Position numbers and translations under genes: made by a program. A DNA stretch of 63,706 bases, the filler included, from Lenisia limosa (Eukaryota > Protista > Breviatea), in NCBI GenBank assembly GCA_001655205.1. It is 13 parts of 13 records of this genome, joined end to end, with 100 filler letters (N's around TTAATTAATTAA, not from the genome) between each part and the next. Parts side by side here need not be neighbours in the genome. Positions count along the whole stretch, not along the records: positions 1 to 2,447 come from LPNZ01002469.1; positions 2,548 to 6,996 come from LPNZ01009904.1; positions 7,097 to 11,549 come from LPNZ01006247.1; positions 11,650 to 18,733 come from LPNZ01003854.1; 9 more parts are not named here. One strand, given 5' to 3'. The notes below the pieces were generated by a model. It had not been told where the DNA came from. It searched no databases and was given only the letters and a program-made list of their open reading frames with translations. Shown piece after piece: positions 1 through 12,534 of this stretch. Each line of letters opens with the position of its first letter. The stretch's first letter is position 1.

Positions 1-395
1 CGCATAATTTACTCTCTTTCTCTCTCACTCCCTCTCTCTCTCTCTCTGTGTGTGTAAGTGTGTTCCAAACACAAACCCAGACATATGTACCAGGATAAGT
101 CTTGACCGATATTCCTTGGGAAATCATAGAGCAAATCAGTTAAGACTTATATACACACGCATCTATCCCCCCCCCCCCACTCTGAGANNNNNNNNNNNNN
201 NNNNNNNNNNNNNNNNNNNNNNNNNNNNNNNNNNNNNNNNNNNNNNNNNNNNNNNNNNNNNNNNNNNNNNNNNNNNNNNNNNNNNNNNNNNNNNNNNNAG
301 AGATATCGTCTTGGTGACTAGGATAAGTCTTGACCGATTTGAATTAATATTTCCAAGGAAAATCACAATCGATTTTATTTTTAAAAAAGTCTCAC

Positions 396-2281
396 CAGTT
401 CAGCAGGGGTGAAGTCAAACTGAGCTTGGAGGAGGCAGTATTCGCCTAGGAGATTATGCGGTAAAAAAGTGAAACCGGAGGAGGAGGAGGGATTCGCCTC
501 GGAGTAAAAATGGGTGAAAAAAAGAAACTGTGGGGTACAATTGGAAAATTTCTGAAACAAAGAAGTCCCAATCAACTCTTTTGGCTGACAGCACACAAAA
601 CAAACAAAGCCCAAGAGTGGGGTAGGGCATGCATCTTGGAGTAAAAATGGAAAAGGTTTGAACACTCGTAACACAGTATTTAAGGTTGTGAACCCTCCAC
701 CAGTCACAAGACAAAACCACTCCCCCCACACCCATAAAATACCACCCACGATACATTAATTTAATTCGCCCCTCTCCCTCACCATACAAACACATCAACA
801 GCAAAAGTCTCTACCCCCCACCATACAAACACAACACACACACTGCAAATTAATACCTAAGGCTTAACTTCGGTCCGAAAAAATTGTCAATATCGATAGT
901 TATTGAAAATTTATCATGAAATACAGTCTTTTTTTGAACCAAAGTGAAAACCCAGTAATACCCCATACCAGTCAAGGTGACATCAGAGACAGTGCGATTA
1001 TCGGTGCAAACAGCAAGGGGGATTCCGACGTCAAAGAAGCGTCTGTAAAGAGTAAAAGCAAAAAAAACGGAGGGAAATTAAAAAATAAGAGAAGAAAAAT
1101 TCCGTATTTTCCACTGGGCACAAGCCGTCCTTGAAAAACCTCGCCACCATTTGGCCGAGTTTAACCGTTCTACTTTCGGAGGGTGATGGTATAATTCATC
1201 CCCACATTTCCCCCCGAACGGCTGAATGGCTTGATTCTGGCTCTGACAAGTTCACCGTAGGGCTTCCTACCCCACGGCGATAAGAAACGTTGCTAAGATC
1301 TCTCTACTTCTATTTCTAAAAAAAAACAACAGAAAATAGGTGTAACTTAATTGATCACGGAATCTAAATATGTTTCTCCATCACTTGCTCAAGCTGGGTG
1401 AAATACCAACATTTTGCATCCCGTTTTTCCTGACCTCCATTTTAGGTCCAAAAAAGACTGAATTCTTGATAAATACCCGTCTTTTGGAACCGAAAGTGAA
1501 GCGCTTGTATTTAAAAAAGCCAAACCTGATGGGATGCTCCTCGAGGGTTTGGACGGCCTTGGTCTGGATGTTGGAGGTCACACAGGACTCAATCGCCACC
1601 TTGCGGTCGATCATGTACTGCATAAGGCTAAAGACGGTTAAATTGGCATCTCAATGTTGGCTAAAAAAAGAGTCAAATAGGCATGTCTGAGGACTCACCC
1701 CACCCTCTCTCCTGTTCTATGACAGTATTTCATCCCCCTCCCCCCCACGACTCGTCCTCAGTGAGACGAACACCATGGCCGATACGATGAGCACCTGGGN
1801 NNNNNNNNNNNNNNNNNNNNNNNNNNNNNNNNNNNNNNNNNNNNNNNNNNNNNNNNNNNNNNNNNNNNNNNNNNNNNNNNNNNNNNNNNNNNNNNNNNNN
1901 NNNNNNNNNNNNNNNNNNNNNNNNNNNNNNNNNNNNNNNNNNNNNNNNNNNNNNNNNNNNNNNNNNNNNNNNNNNNNNNNNNNNNNNNNNNNNNNNNNNN
2001 NNNNNNNNNNNNNNNNNNNNNNNNNNNNNNNNNNNNNNGAAATTGGAAGATTTTAGGGGGGAGAGAGGGGTGCTTTGTTAGTCATATTTGCATGGGCAAT
2101 AGTGCTTCTCAAGCCTTAGCTTCTACAAACAAAAAAAAAAGAAGGAGAAAAAATAGAAGTGAGACGAAGGGACTTTACTGAAAGAGAGCATACCACAGTA
2201 TCTGAGGGAGTCATGGATTGAGTCCGCACCCGCAGCCTCTCCGCTGTGAATTGTGCAGTTGAGCTGCTGGTCACGAACAAT
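396..2281 (-). CDS. ADA: Adenosine deaminase, partial, at least 5 exons
   Basis: GT-AG spliced exons give IVRDQQLNCTIHSGEAAGADSIHDSLRYC/GAHRIGHGVRLTEDE/SLMQYMIDRKVAIESCVTSNIQTKAVQTLEEHPI/RRFFDVGIPLAVCTDNRTVSDVTLT/GEYCLLQAQFDFTPAEL. These match the ADA motifs HxGE, RIGHG, E-x-C-x-TSN..HP and TD[DN]. Intron phases are consistent. Confidence 0.93.
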
Positions 2282-2447
2282 CTGAAGGGGGGGAGAGGGT
2301 AAAATTTGGAAAATTTATGAAACAAAAAAAAACCCAAATCAACTCTGTTGTACAATTGGTATGTCATACAACATGCTTTTTAATACCCCCAACAACAACT
2401 ACAATGAACCACCCCCATTACCATTTATAAACCCGGGGGGGGGGGGG

Positions 2448-2547
2448 NNNNNNNNNNNNNNNNNNNNNNNNNNNNNNNNNNNNNNNNNNNNTTAATTAAT
2501 TAANNNNNNNNNNNNNNNNNNNNNNNNNNNNNNNNNNNNNNNNNNNN
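2448..2547. other. Artificial contig-joining linker (44N-TTAATTAATTAA-44N), first of 12
   Basis: Identical 100-bp structure with stops in all six frames at 2448-2547, 6997-7096, 11550-11649, 18734-18833, 22294-22393, 28142-28241, 45170-45269, 47127-47226, 51560-51659, 54710-54809, 56608-56707 and 62051-62150. Adjacency across these points is not biological. Confidence 0.98.
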
Positions 2548-2640
2548 CGATGAAGAATATTAGCGTAAAGGTAGAATAAATATTCAGGGGAAAAATCAAC
2601 ACGAGAAGATTGTAAGACAATTATTCCGACCCCCCACCGC

Positions 2641-4720
2641 ATCCGGGGAGTCCTCAATGCCAGCATGGATGTGCATGAGTTGGAAAAGGTTTGTCATGTC
2701 AGTCACAGCCTGAGTCAGCTCGCGATACACACTGGAAACGTAAATTATAACAATTAAACTCTATCCGTTTTTGTTATAGGTGAAACCGTAAAATGGTTTG
2801 CTCTTCCAGTGCCAAGATCCTCCACGCCAAAAATCCTCGGGGTTTTCGTCCTGCTGCCACCATCGTCACCTTATGCAACCGAGTTATGTCTATTTCTTCT
2901 TTCTTTTTACTAAATGTTAAATACAAAAAATACTGGAAATGTAAAATCTTAGGGCTTCACTACAGTAAAAAAGCATTGGCATGATATCGACAAATGTCAA
3001 GGAATCATCAGGAAACTAAGTCTATTCTTTGGCATGTTAATTCGCGATATTCACATTTATAGAAATGAGAAATAAAAAAGGTTCTATCCAGCCGAAGCCG
3101 TCCACACCATCACGCTTAAAAGAGATATTGGATTAGAGTAAAATATGAATTCACAATAATAGGAAATATCAGCCAAATGCCCCCCCTCCAAGAATTGAGA
3201 AGTTGTCAGTTAATCATATGATATCTTGGGCTTCTCCTCGGTCCCAAAAAAAGACCGAATTTCTCAATACCTCTCCGATACAAATCTATATTATACTGGT
3301 CTTTCTCGGACCCTAGGGAAGCCCCAATATCNNNNNNNNNNNNNNNNNNNNNNNNNNNNNNNNNNNNNNNNNNNNNNNNNNNNNNNNNNNNNNNNNNNNN
3401 NNNNNNNNNNNNNNNNNNNNNAAACCGTGAAACTATATAAAATAGCGTGTCAGAAACGTATACGCATGGGTTTGGCCCACAAAATTGATCTTAGCACTTC
3501 AAGTGGACTTAATTTATCTACATGTATATATATACTATATAACATATAGTATATTATTTACAGTATATTAGTATAGTTTTCAAATGAAAACACCGCTTCA
3601 GATAGTTTTACCAATTTGTAGCTTTACGCCAATATTCTTCATAGAAATTTCCTTCGTTTTACCCCCCCCCCCCCCNNNNNNNNNNNNNNNNNNNNNNNNN
3701 NNNNNNNNNNNNNNNNNNNNNNNNNNNNNNNNNNNNNNNNNNNNNNNNNNNNNNNNNNNNNNNNNNNNNNNNNNNNNNNNNNNNNNNNNGGGAATATGGG
3801 TAATTTATGTGGGAATAATGGACAATCCATGTCGGAGTAATACTTGTCAAAGAGTTGATAGAAGACAAACAAGTGTTAATAGGAGGAGAGAAATGGATGT
3901 TGCTGTGGGACCAAACTTGACACCTTGCACTTCCACCTCCGCACGTCTAACCAGGTTGGTTGCTTACAGTTAGGGCTTCACTTCAATTTTAAACAAGAAT
4001 GAATTTCTCGATAAATCCAAGAAAAATATATTATAGATATTTCACTAGTCCTTTTTTGACCGAAGTGAAGTCCTACTCACAATGGATGTCTTCCATACCT
4101 ATCACTGGTATTTGGTGGGGTTTTCAATTGGGTTGAGATGTTCGCTATACCACAGACTTGACTATTTTTTGGAGAGGCGGCGCGAAAAACTCGCAAAGAA
4201 TTGTATGTATATATGTATAGGGGCTGCCACTCCACTTGAGAAAAGATTCCAAAAAACGAGCTACTAACTGTTTTAGGTTCAAGAAATACCTTACTCGTAT
4301 CAGGAAGTATGTCAAGCCCCATCAAGTAGGATCTTACGGACCTCAGACACACAAGAGTAACCTTGGTAAGTCTTGGTTTTGTCAATCTCACCCGCTCGTA
4401 TATGGTATAATGAGCGGCATTAAGAGCAATCACGCCGACCCAGTGTTGTCCAAATTTATTGTTGAAAGAAATGAGGTGTGAATATGAAATGCTCTTTTCA
4501 AGCTTAACATGGGCTCATTAATTCAATGCTAAGAACCACAGAAATATGCTATGGGCGTGGGAGGTGGAGGAGGAATACAATAACCCAGTCTCTGGCAACC
4601 CGCAAATGAAAACCTTGAAGTCCGTAGTATCATGGAGGCAGGTATGCACGCACTTTTTTTTCTTTAAAACGTGAAGGCGTTATGAGTTGATCGTTGTTAC
4701 GCTTGACGCCTTGGATGAGA
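2641..4720 (+). CDS. Hypothetical multi-exon gene, possibly degenerate
   Basis: GC-richer exon-like blocks with GT-AG ends (about 2641-2729, 2781-2885, 3790-3955, 4278-4476, 4534-4641). No recognisable domain, and frames are not fully reconcilable. Confidence 0.3.
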
Positions 4721-6576
4721 GTAAATGACGTGGCACCATAATAAACAATTGCCACGGATCGTCAGATCGATTGTCAATGACCAACTCAAAAAGCTCGGAA
4801 CAGCTTCCATCCGTGCCCACCGAGGTCGAGGAAAGTCCATGTCCTAGTCATCCCAATGACTCTTGATGCAGGCCTCTACGTCCGTGATGAAGGAGTTCGG
4901 TACCTACAATTGCAGAAGTGACTGGGCTGTTGCTATCAATCCTCGTGTGTTGTTTGCTTTTTCTCGATTACATAAATTTCCAATTTTCCTCCTCTTTTTT
5001 TGTTGTTCATCTCGTTACGATACTCAAAGGATCTTTTGAAGAGGTGTTGGTTGAGAAGGTAATTCTTCCTAAGGGCCTCACACTGTCCCTTTTTTTTTCT
5101 TGGAAAAGGCTGTTTTGGATGGAGGGGGTAATCCATTTAGTTCTTTCTAATAGTTGTTCAATTCCCTCTTGAGGTGGTCTTCAGCTCTGTCGAGGCCCTC
5201 CCTCCTAAATAAAAAAAAAGGTGTATTTTGATCCATTTTGTGGCTTAACCCAATTGAACATGCCCTACTACTTGATGGCAAATACCGTGATTCTTGTTAA
5301 TTTTTTTTTGAAACCACCTCAAAAGAGATGAGAAACCTGATTGACAAAATACCATGATGTTTTTTCGGCTGTCATCGCCACCAAGGGGGGCGGGCCAACT
5401 TAAATACCAAAAATGTTCAGCGTTTTGATGCACTGATTTTATATAGTATTACAAGTGGTATTGTTTTTTTTTTTATTTCGTTAAAAACACATCATAACTT
5501 TTTTTACAAACAACATTTTGTGCATAAAATATAGTTCAAATTCCAAAAAATGACAAACTTTTCAGAGAATATGACCTATTTTGCGACAAGTGAAAGGAAC
5601 AACTGTTTGCCATTACTTATGTAACTCACTGTTCATATTTACTCATAAAATGTTTCCCCTGTTGCTCTTCTACGACCTTAACCATCTCAACCACAGCCAG
5701 GCATCTTCCTTCCCCATCTTCGTCAGTAATGGTGTCATCTTCGCTCTCGTTTATGCTAGACATATCCAACGCTCTGCCCGTCTATATTGAAGTTCATTGC
5801 CAAACTCAACGGTCACTGCAGTATGAAGAGGACTCGTACAGCCATAATATTTCGCTAATTCCGTTTCCAGAGCCAGCTGCTAATGAATATTCAGGTTCGA
5901 CAAGCCTTGAACAAGGAGCAGCAGGCCAGATCTAGTGGAGTAACACGACTTGTAGCGTCAGTTGTAGCTGACGTTACCTATTCACAAACCGACACCTTCC
6001 CATTCTTCCAAGCAGTGTTAGAAATGAGTCACTCAATAGTTGATCTGTTGATCGAATGGCGGTCCTTGACAGTACGAAAAACTACTCCCAACTCCTTCTG
6101 GCTTATTTTGCGTATTGTGCAGGTGCTGCGCTTTAATATATGACCGTTGTAAGTTATCATTTCTGGATTGTGACCTGATGATGATCAGTTAAAGCTTATG
6201 TCCAGTTTCCCTCACCCGGCTGGTCTATGTTTTGAGAGGCCGGCTTGTGGGCGATATTGATTTCCCAATATATTGAGCGACATGACCCGGTAACGGTCAT
6301 TTCGACTCACTTTTATAATAGCAAAGAAAACATATCATATCAATAGGAATGATACATATTCCACACTATTGTATTTACCACTTATCTACTTAAATATTCT
6401 ACCCGGTAGTATTTGTCATTCTTAGCAAAAACGATTATTATATTGGAAATCATAAATCTGAGCATTATTTCTAATACCCCCCCCCCACCNNNNNNNNNNN
6501 NNNNNNNNNNNNNNNNNNNNNNNNNNNNNNNNNNNNNNNNNNNNNNNNNNNNNNNNNNNNNNNNNNNNNNNNNNNN

Positions 6577-6806
6577 ACGTCTGCGTCTTTACGGCTTGTT
6601 TTTCGTATCTGTAGAAACTTAAGTTTCTCATACCTAGAAAGAAAACAAAAATGATACATGTCAAAAAAAAAACAATGTTTTCCCACTTTATACCAAATTA
6701 ATTCTTGCGCCCCCTACCGTCCCAATAAGGCGTCATATTTCATGGCCTCGAGGTTGTCGTTTCCGAAGTACTTCACCGTCTCGAAGTTTGTCAGCGAGTC
6801 AACCAT
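6577..6806 (-). CDS. ABCB6/HMT1/ATM1-type half ABC transporter, two exons of the transmembrane domain
   Basis: Spliced peptide MVDSLTNFETVKYFGNDNLEAMKYDALLG/RYEKQAVKTQT matches the VDSLxNFETVKYF...Y...KT motif of ABCB6/ABCB7. The second exon runs into an N gap. Confidence 0.8.
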
Positions 6807-7640
6807 CTGGGTGGTGTCATGGGTTACGAAATAACAATTACCTGGATGAGAGGGGTAAAACGAAAGGTACATTATCATTAATAATAATCATCTTTTAATC
6901 AAAAATAATCCTTAGCATCACATCTCAAAACAGTGGATTGATAAGCCCAGGTCAATCAAAGGAGAAGAATGATGAATTTATTAAAAGCTGACAGCCNNNN
7001 NNNNNNNNNNNNNNNNNNNNNNNNNNNNNNNNNNNNNNNNTTAATTAATTAANNNNNNNNNNNNNNNNNNNNNNNNNNNNNNNNNNNNNNNNNNNNCCCC
7101 TCTCCATCCCCTTCCCCCGCTCCTGAAATGAACAGTCAAGATGAGGTCATTGAATTGGAGGAAGTCAGCGTCCAGAATGTCAAGTGGGCGAGAGAAGGGA
7201 AGGGGGGCATCATTTTTGTCAACAACTGCTGTCTGACCTAAATTCCGATAGAACTTCTATTGATGGAGATAAACTAAATCGATTTCCTTTGTATGCTTTG
7301 TTTTTTTTTTACCTCATAAATTTCCATTTTCACTTGTTTGTTTGGAGTTTCAGATTATTCGGTTCGTGATTAGTACCTTTACGCCAATATTCANNNNNNN
7401 NNNNNNNNNNNNNNNNNNNNNNNNNNNNNNNNNNNNNNNNNNNNNNNNNNNNNNNNNNNNNNNNNNNNNNNNNNNNNNNNNNNNNNNNNNNNNNNNNNNN
7501 NNNNNNNTAAAGGTTTGCTGAAAAAGACGCGTAAAGTATATCTTTTTATCGAGGGCCCCAAGTTCTTGGCCGCCATGTTGGTATACGTATGATTGTATAA
7601 AAACAACATATCGGTTTTACCCTTTATTTTTACCGTGCAG

Positions 7641-8050
7641 GTTCATGCTATTGACAACGGTCTCTGTTTTCCCTTCAAGCATCCTGATAGATTCCGCATT
7701 TGTATGGAGTGGAATATTCTGCGCTGCTGAGATTCTTTTGGCGTTCTCAAAACGGTGTTACTTACATACGATCTTTTTGATTTGTTCACTCTGAGCGAGA
7801 TAAACCTTCTTGCTTCTTTTCAATCACTCAACCCTGGATAAATATCAATATTCTCTCTGACCTCTTAGACCCCTTCCAATGGCGTGACCTCAGTCAGGCA
7901 CATGAACCTTACAGCGAAGAGCTAAGGAACAGTGTGTTACCCAAGCTGGAGAACCCATCGTTCATTGGTAGGGCAAAAAGCGAGACTGTTGGGCATATTT
8001 GATCAGTAGTCCACAGGCTTATTGTTATAAATCTACACTTATCAGTACAA

Positions 8051-8081
<31 letters not shown>

Positions 8082-8763
8082 TNNNNNNNNNNNNNNNNNN
8101 NNNNNNNNNNNNNNNNNNNNNNNNNNNNNNNNNNNNNNNNNNNNNNNNNTCACAGGGATTACACAGCTACTCCAGCTTTATTATATGTACTTAGAGTCCT
8201 GCAATTCAGTCTTTCTTAATTAAAACCCAATACCATTCTAACATGCACAGCATCACTTCTGGCTGAGATCCGCCGGATTCACCGTACGTCTCCCGAGTTC
8301 AACGAAGTTCGTTTCTCACAACAAGTGTCTGTCTTCCGAGGGCAGGTTTGAGGGAGGTCAGTTGTTGGGTGCACTTGCGTTTGACTTCATTTCTGCAGAC
8401 AAAACCGCTTATTGAGGCTCACCTTTCAGGTTTCAAATCTCCGTAAGGCCATGAGAGACGGCATGACCCCTGCCCAGCTGCTTGAAATGCCCCTTAAGGT
8501 TCGCCGCGTTATTCCGTACGTCCTTCATACTACATATAAGTCGTGCTCTTACCTTTTTTCGATTTCTATTCTGTAAATTGATAACAGTCTCTGTTTCCCC
8601 CNNNNNNNNNNNNNNNNNNNNNNNNNNNNNNNNNNNNNNNNNNNNNNNNNNNNNNNNNNNNNNNNNNNNNNNNNNNNNNNNNGTGACTGTGGAGCCAACA
8701 GAGCGAGGGTGGAGGCTGAAGCATGCCTTAACAAAGGCTCGTCCGCTGTTCCAAACATGCTAA
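7641..8763 (+). CDS. PI4K2: Phosphatidylinositol 4-kinase type II (Lsb6-like), C-terminal exons
   Basis: VHAIDNGLCFPFKHPDRFRI/YPFQWRDLSQAHEPYSEELRNSVLPKLENPSFI/ASLLAEIRR...FSQQVSVFRGQ/VSNLRKAMRDGMTPAQLLEMP...KARPLFQTC*. This matches the PI4K2 pattern AIDNGLxFPxKHPDxWRxYPFxW ... RGQxxNL. A probable upstream exon lies at about 7100-7182. Confidence 0.9.
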
Positions 8764-9879
8764 ACGCTGTCTTCTTTTTGATGTTGATGTATTTCTGATT
8801 TATTGTTTCGTTTCTTCTGCGTTTCTTTGGTGTTTCTTGGAGACAATTCTTTCATGACCTACCGGATTTGAATTGTTTATCAAGTTTACTGCTCCGTGGA
8901 ATGACGTGAGAACACTCCGTGCTAGGAGGAGTATATATACTCCTAGTTCCGTGGAATAAATCCACATTCCTGACACACGTACGTGGAATTGGACCGCAAA
9001 ACCCGTTTGCATAATTCAGTGGCGGGGAATTTTTGGGTTATTTTCAGAAAAAGTGAAAAAAGTAATTGAGAGTAAGATAGTGTGAGTGTGTGGTGATAAA
9101 GAAATAAAGAAAAGGGGAAAGGCAGAATGAGCAGAGTAGTGACGATGATTTGGATACTTCTCCTTCTAATTGGGCTCTCCACTTGGTGAGTAGTGTTAAA
9201 AAACAATATAGGATAATAACGAGTCAATGGCAGGCCTGTGCATTGACNNNNNNNNNNNNNNNNNNNNNNNNNNNNNNNNNNNNNNNNNNNNNNNNNNNNN
9301 NNNNNNNNNNNNNNNNNNNNNNNNNNNNNNNNNNNNNNNNNNNNNNNNNNNNNNNNNNNNGCCGTTCCCTACGTAGGTTGTTATTTGGTTGGAATTTGGT
9401 CCGGTTAGTCCCGTCGGTCCGTCTACATGACGACAATGGGATTATTCATATAATGTGTTGGGGGATTGGCTTGGGAACAGCCATTTGCTCTGGGTTTGAG
9501 TTTCCTTGGGTTTTTTTGACAAGGCGTCGTAGTATGACTTCGGCCAGACTTGGTTTATTCATGAGCAGGACATATTTTACCGCAATTTACAATTTAGGCG
9601 CTATTTGAGGCTCGAATTGCTGAATTGGAGGTTTGCTGGAGTGTGTTCAATATTTGCACATCTTCTTTCATATTACTCACCCCTTTTTTTAAAAAATATA
9701 CATATGATATATATGTGGGTAATTAAAAACGCATTACTTTCCATTACACCCTTTCACGTAATACACATTGGTGCAACTACCTTAAGTGAAAGTCAAATTC
9801 GATTAAATAGCTTCTTTTTAAAATAACTTCTCAGATACATGATATCTTTTTTGAAATACAAAAAGAGATACTTGAAGAT

Positions 9880-11549
9880 ATTGACCCGCCAGAAAAAGTT
9901 CTACTGCAAGACTATTCCTGAAGGTGCGGAAGAAAGCAGCTGTGTCAAAGTGGGCGAGCTCTACGAGTCCTGCGAGTCGTCCTTGATGGAGGGGTTATAC
10001 CGACCCAAGTCTTCCGCTGCTTCTAATGTGGGGGTATATGATATACTACATGATATCAGATGTATTATGCGTCTGTTATGTATGATGTATAGCGCCAATA
10101 TTGTCACCTAATATAATGCCTGTTGAAATGATACTCCAGGTAGTTGAGTGCAACTTTGGCAAATGGGAAGGAGCCGTGTCTAAACCTGGTAGGTTGCAGC
10201 AAGTCGATACTGTATAATATGGGTGAATCTCAAATCCCCTCAGAGACAGCGTAATTCTGAATATTGGCAAATATTAAGGCAGTATTCATTTCGTTGATTT
10301 CACCCCTTATTATTGTATGTGTGTGAGGGAGATATTAATTTTCAATTCCCCCCACCCCCCACAGGCTCAACTTGTCGCGAAGTTATCGCCAGTGGAGACC
10401 CTTATGGAGCTTATTCCTTCAACATCAGCGGAGGTGGGAAGGGTAATCTTATCAAATGCGTTGTTTCTGCTTTTTTGAATAGAACTCATGAAATCGCTTT
10501 AATGCCATCAGGAGGATTGGCGCTTTGTTTTTTATTACCCCCCCCCCTCCAGAAGTCTATAATTTTGAATGCGTTGAGGACGGAGGACTGGGTAAGCCAC
10601 AGTGAACTTCGAAGCTGACTTTAAATTGATATCGAGTTTTGAAGCCCTGACAATGTCCTGTGTTTTGTTATTTTGTTGACAAGCCTGATATTTTGGTTTT
10701 TCTTTCTTAACCCATAACCCCAGCATGGACCATGATTCCTGCCGGAGACTTGTCATTCTTCAACTATCCTGGGGGGTGTACTGCTCCAACATCCCCAGCA
10801 ACAGGTGGGTGGCTCTTATGATTTACTCAGGACATTTCTGGATAACAACACATACTTTCCGCAATTAACATGGCAGGAACTGCTGTAATCAGTTGTAATA
10901 ATGCTGGTGGTGCTGATGATAATCACTGCGGTTGTAACGTATTCTCAAAAGTCCCATTAAACATCCAGAGTTTGGGGGAGGGGTTGAATACAACAGACGT
11001 ATTGCGTTTTTGGGAGTTAAATTTCTGTTCCGGCTATCGAATGTGGCTGACTTTTTAGGGGTGAAGCTATCTAATGTGGCTGACTTTTTAGGGGTGAAGC
11101 TATTCTCTTGGAGTGGCAGCTCTGCTGTTTGCGGTAATCTGGGTGTTTGAGCTTAAGATCGTTTAGGATGAGCAAGTTGTTCACCTCACCAGGAAACGTG
11201 GCCTTCCCCTCAGCACGGGCAAACACCTTTGACCTCTACCCTCGCGACTTCGGCTCTTTTGACGGCTATGATGTGGGGGCTATGATGTGGAGCGGGATAT
11301 AAGGCAGTGTCTTTGAGCATTATCAGTAGGGAATCCCTAATTATTAGTCTTCTGGCCAGAAATGACTCTCTTTGTGTTTCACGAAGGGGCCGAAGCTGTT
11401 CTGACTTGACTTACATATTGTATATTACTACTGCACACTTTACCACACCATATTGACGATGAAGGGTTACGTCCTGGCATGTGACGCTGGGGACTGCAAT
11501 GAGCAGGTTGCCCATGACGGTGGCACCTACGACTGGGGGGCCGTGGGCC
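9880..11549 (+). CDS. Hypothetical Cys/Gly-containing multi-exon protein, partial
   Basis: About 9 short exons with GT-AG ends (e.g. FYCKTIPEGAEESSCVKVG, GSTCREVIASGDPYG, AWTMIPAGDLSFFNYPGGC, GTAVISCNNAGGADDNHCGCN). No family recognised. Confidence 0.6.
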
Positions 11550-12534
11550 NNNNNNNNNNNNNNNNNNNNNNNNNNNNNNNNNNNNNNNNNNNNTTAATTA
11601 ATTAANNNNNNNNNNNNNNNNNNNNNNNNNNNNNNNNNNNNNNNNNNNNAAGAAAAAAACCAGAATTTTGAACGGCCGCATATAGAAAGAAGAGTATAAC
11701 AAATCCCAGTTAAAGTTGTTTTAATACGGGACCAATTCGCTAAATACATTATGAATTGCGTAACATGATTTAAAATATTAAGATGGAGCAATGTGTTTAT
11801 TACTTGGTCAAGGGCACAGCTCCAAAAAGAGAGGCAAATGAAAATAGAGGAGAAAGACAAGGTCATCTTCAAAATAGAGCCACATTCCCTACAATTACAT
11901 GGTATCTTACCTTAAGATCGCTAAGTTGGACTGAGAGGGTAAAGTCAAAGATCAATGGCTCCATAAAGACTGAAGATTGCGCCCATAACGAAGGTTTCTA
12001 TGTAGTTCAACATCATAACGAGGATGAATAGCCCTACCTCTTCTTCAGAGGAAGTATAAGATCTTCTCTTGAGCCGTGAAAATCAAACGAATTGTATATA
12101 GAGACGAGAAAATTTTTTTTTTGAGAAAAATCACTTATATACCCTGTTTTGGGGTATCATGTTTCTATCATTGTTTTATACACTTCAGTGTCAATGAATA
12201 GAGGACTCGGTATAAGAGAATATAAAGTAGAACCCTTAAACATAATTAGAGCGGGATAAATGATTCGAAAAAGTGAAAAATAGCAAAACTGTGTTTTTTT
12301 ATCTTTAATCAGATTATATAACGCTCTTCTTGTCTACCTTTATCGCTTAATAAAAAAACGCTTAATGTTAAAATCAACTTCCAAAAGAAGAGCTCAACCC
12401 ACACTCTACGCTAACAGATCAACCGCAAAAAAAATAAAAAAATACTCAATTCATATTTTTTGGAGAGGCTAAAAAGTTACTATCAGAAACAAATGAACAA
12501 GAGTTGATATAAACGTAATATATGTCAAAAGCAC

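Noticed and set aside
2492-2503. TTAATTAATTAA repeated 12 times as a possible regulatory or piggyBac-type motif
   Set aside because: It is always centred in exactly 44+44 Ns, so it is an artificial six-frame-stop linker.
11650-12100. Hydrophobic ORFs as the continuation of RPA1 or as a membrane protein
   Set aside because: There is no similarity to the expected RPA1 sequence, in-frame stops interrupt the frames, and the region is cut by the contig end.
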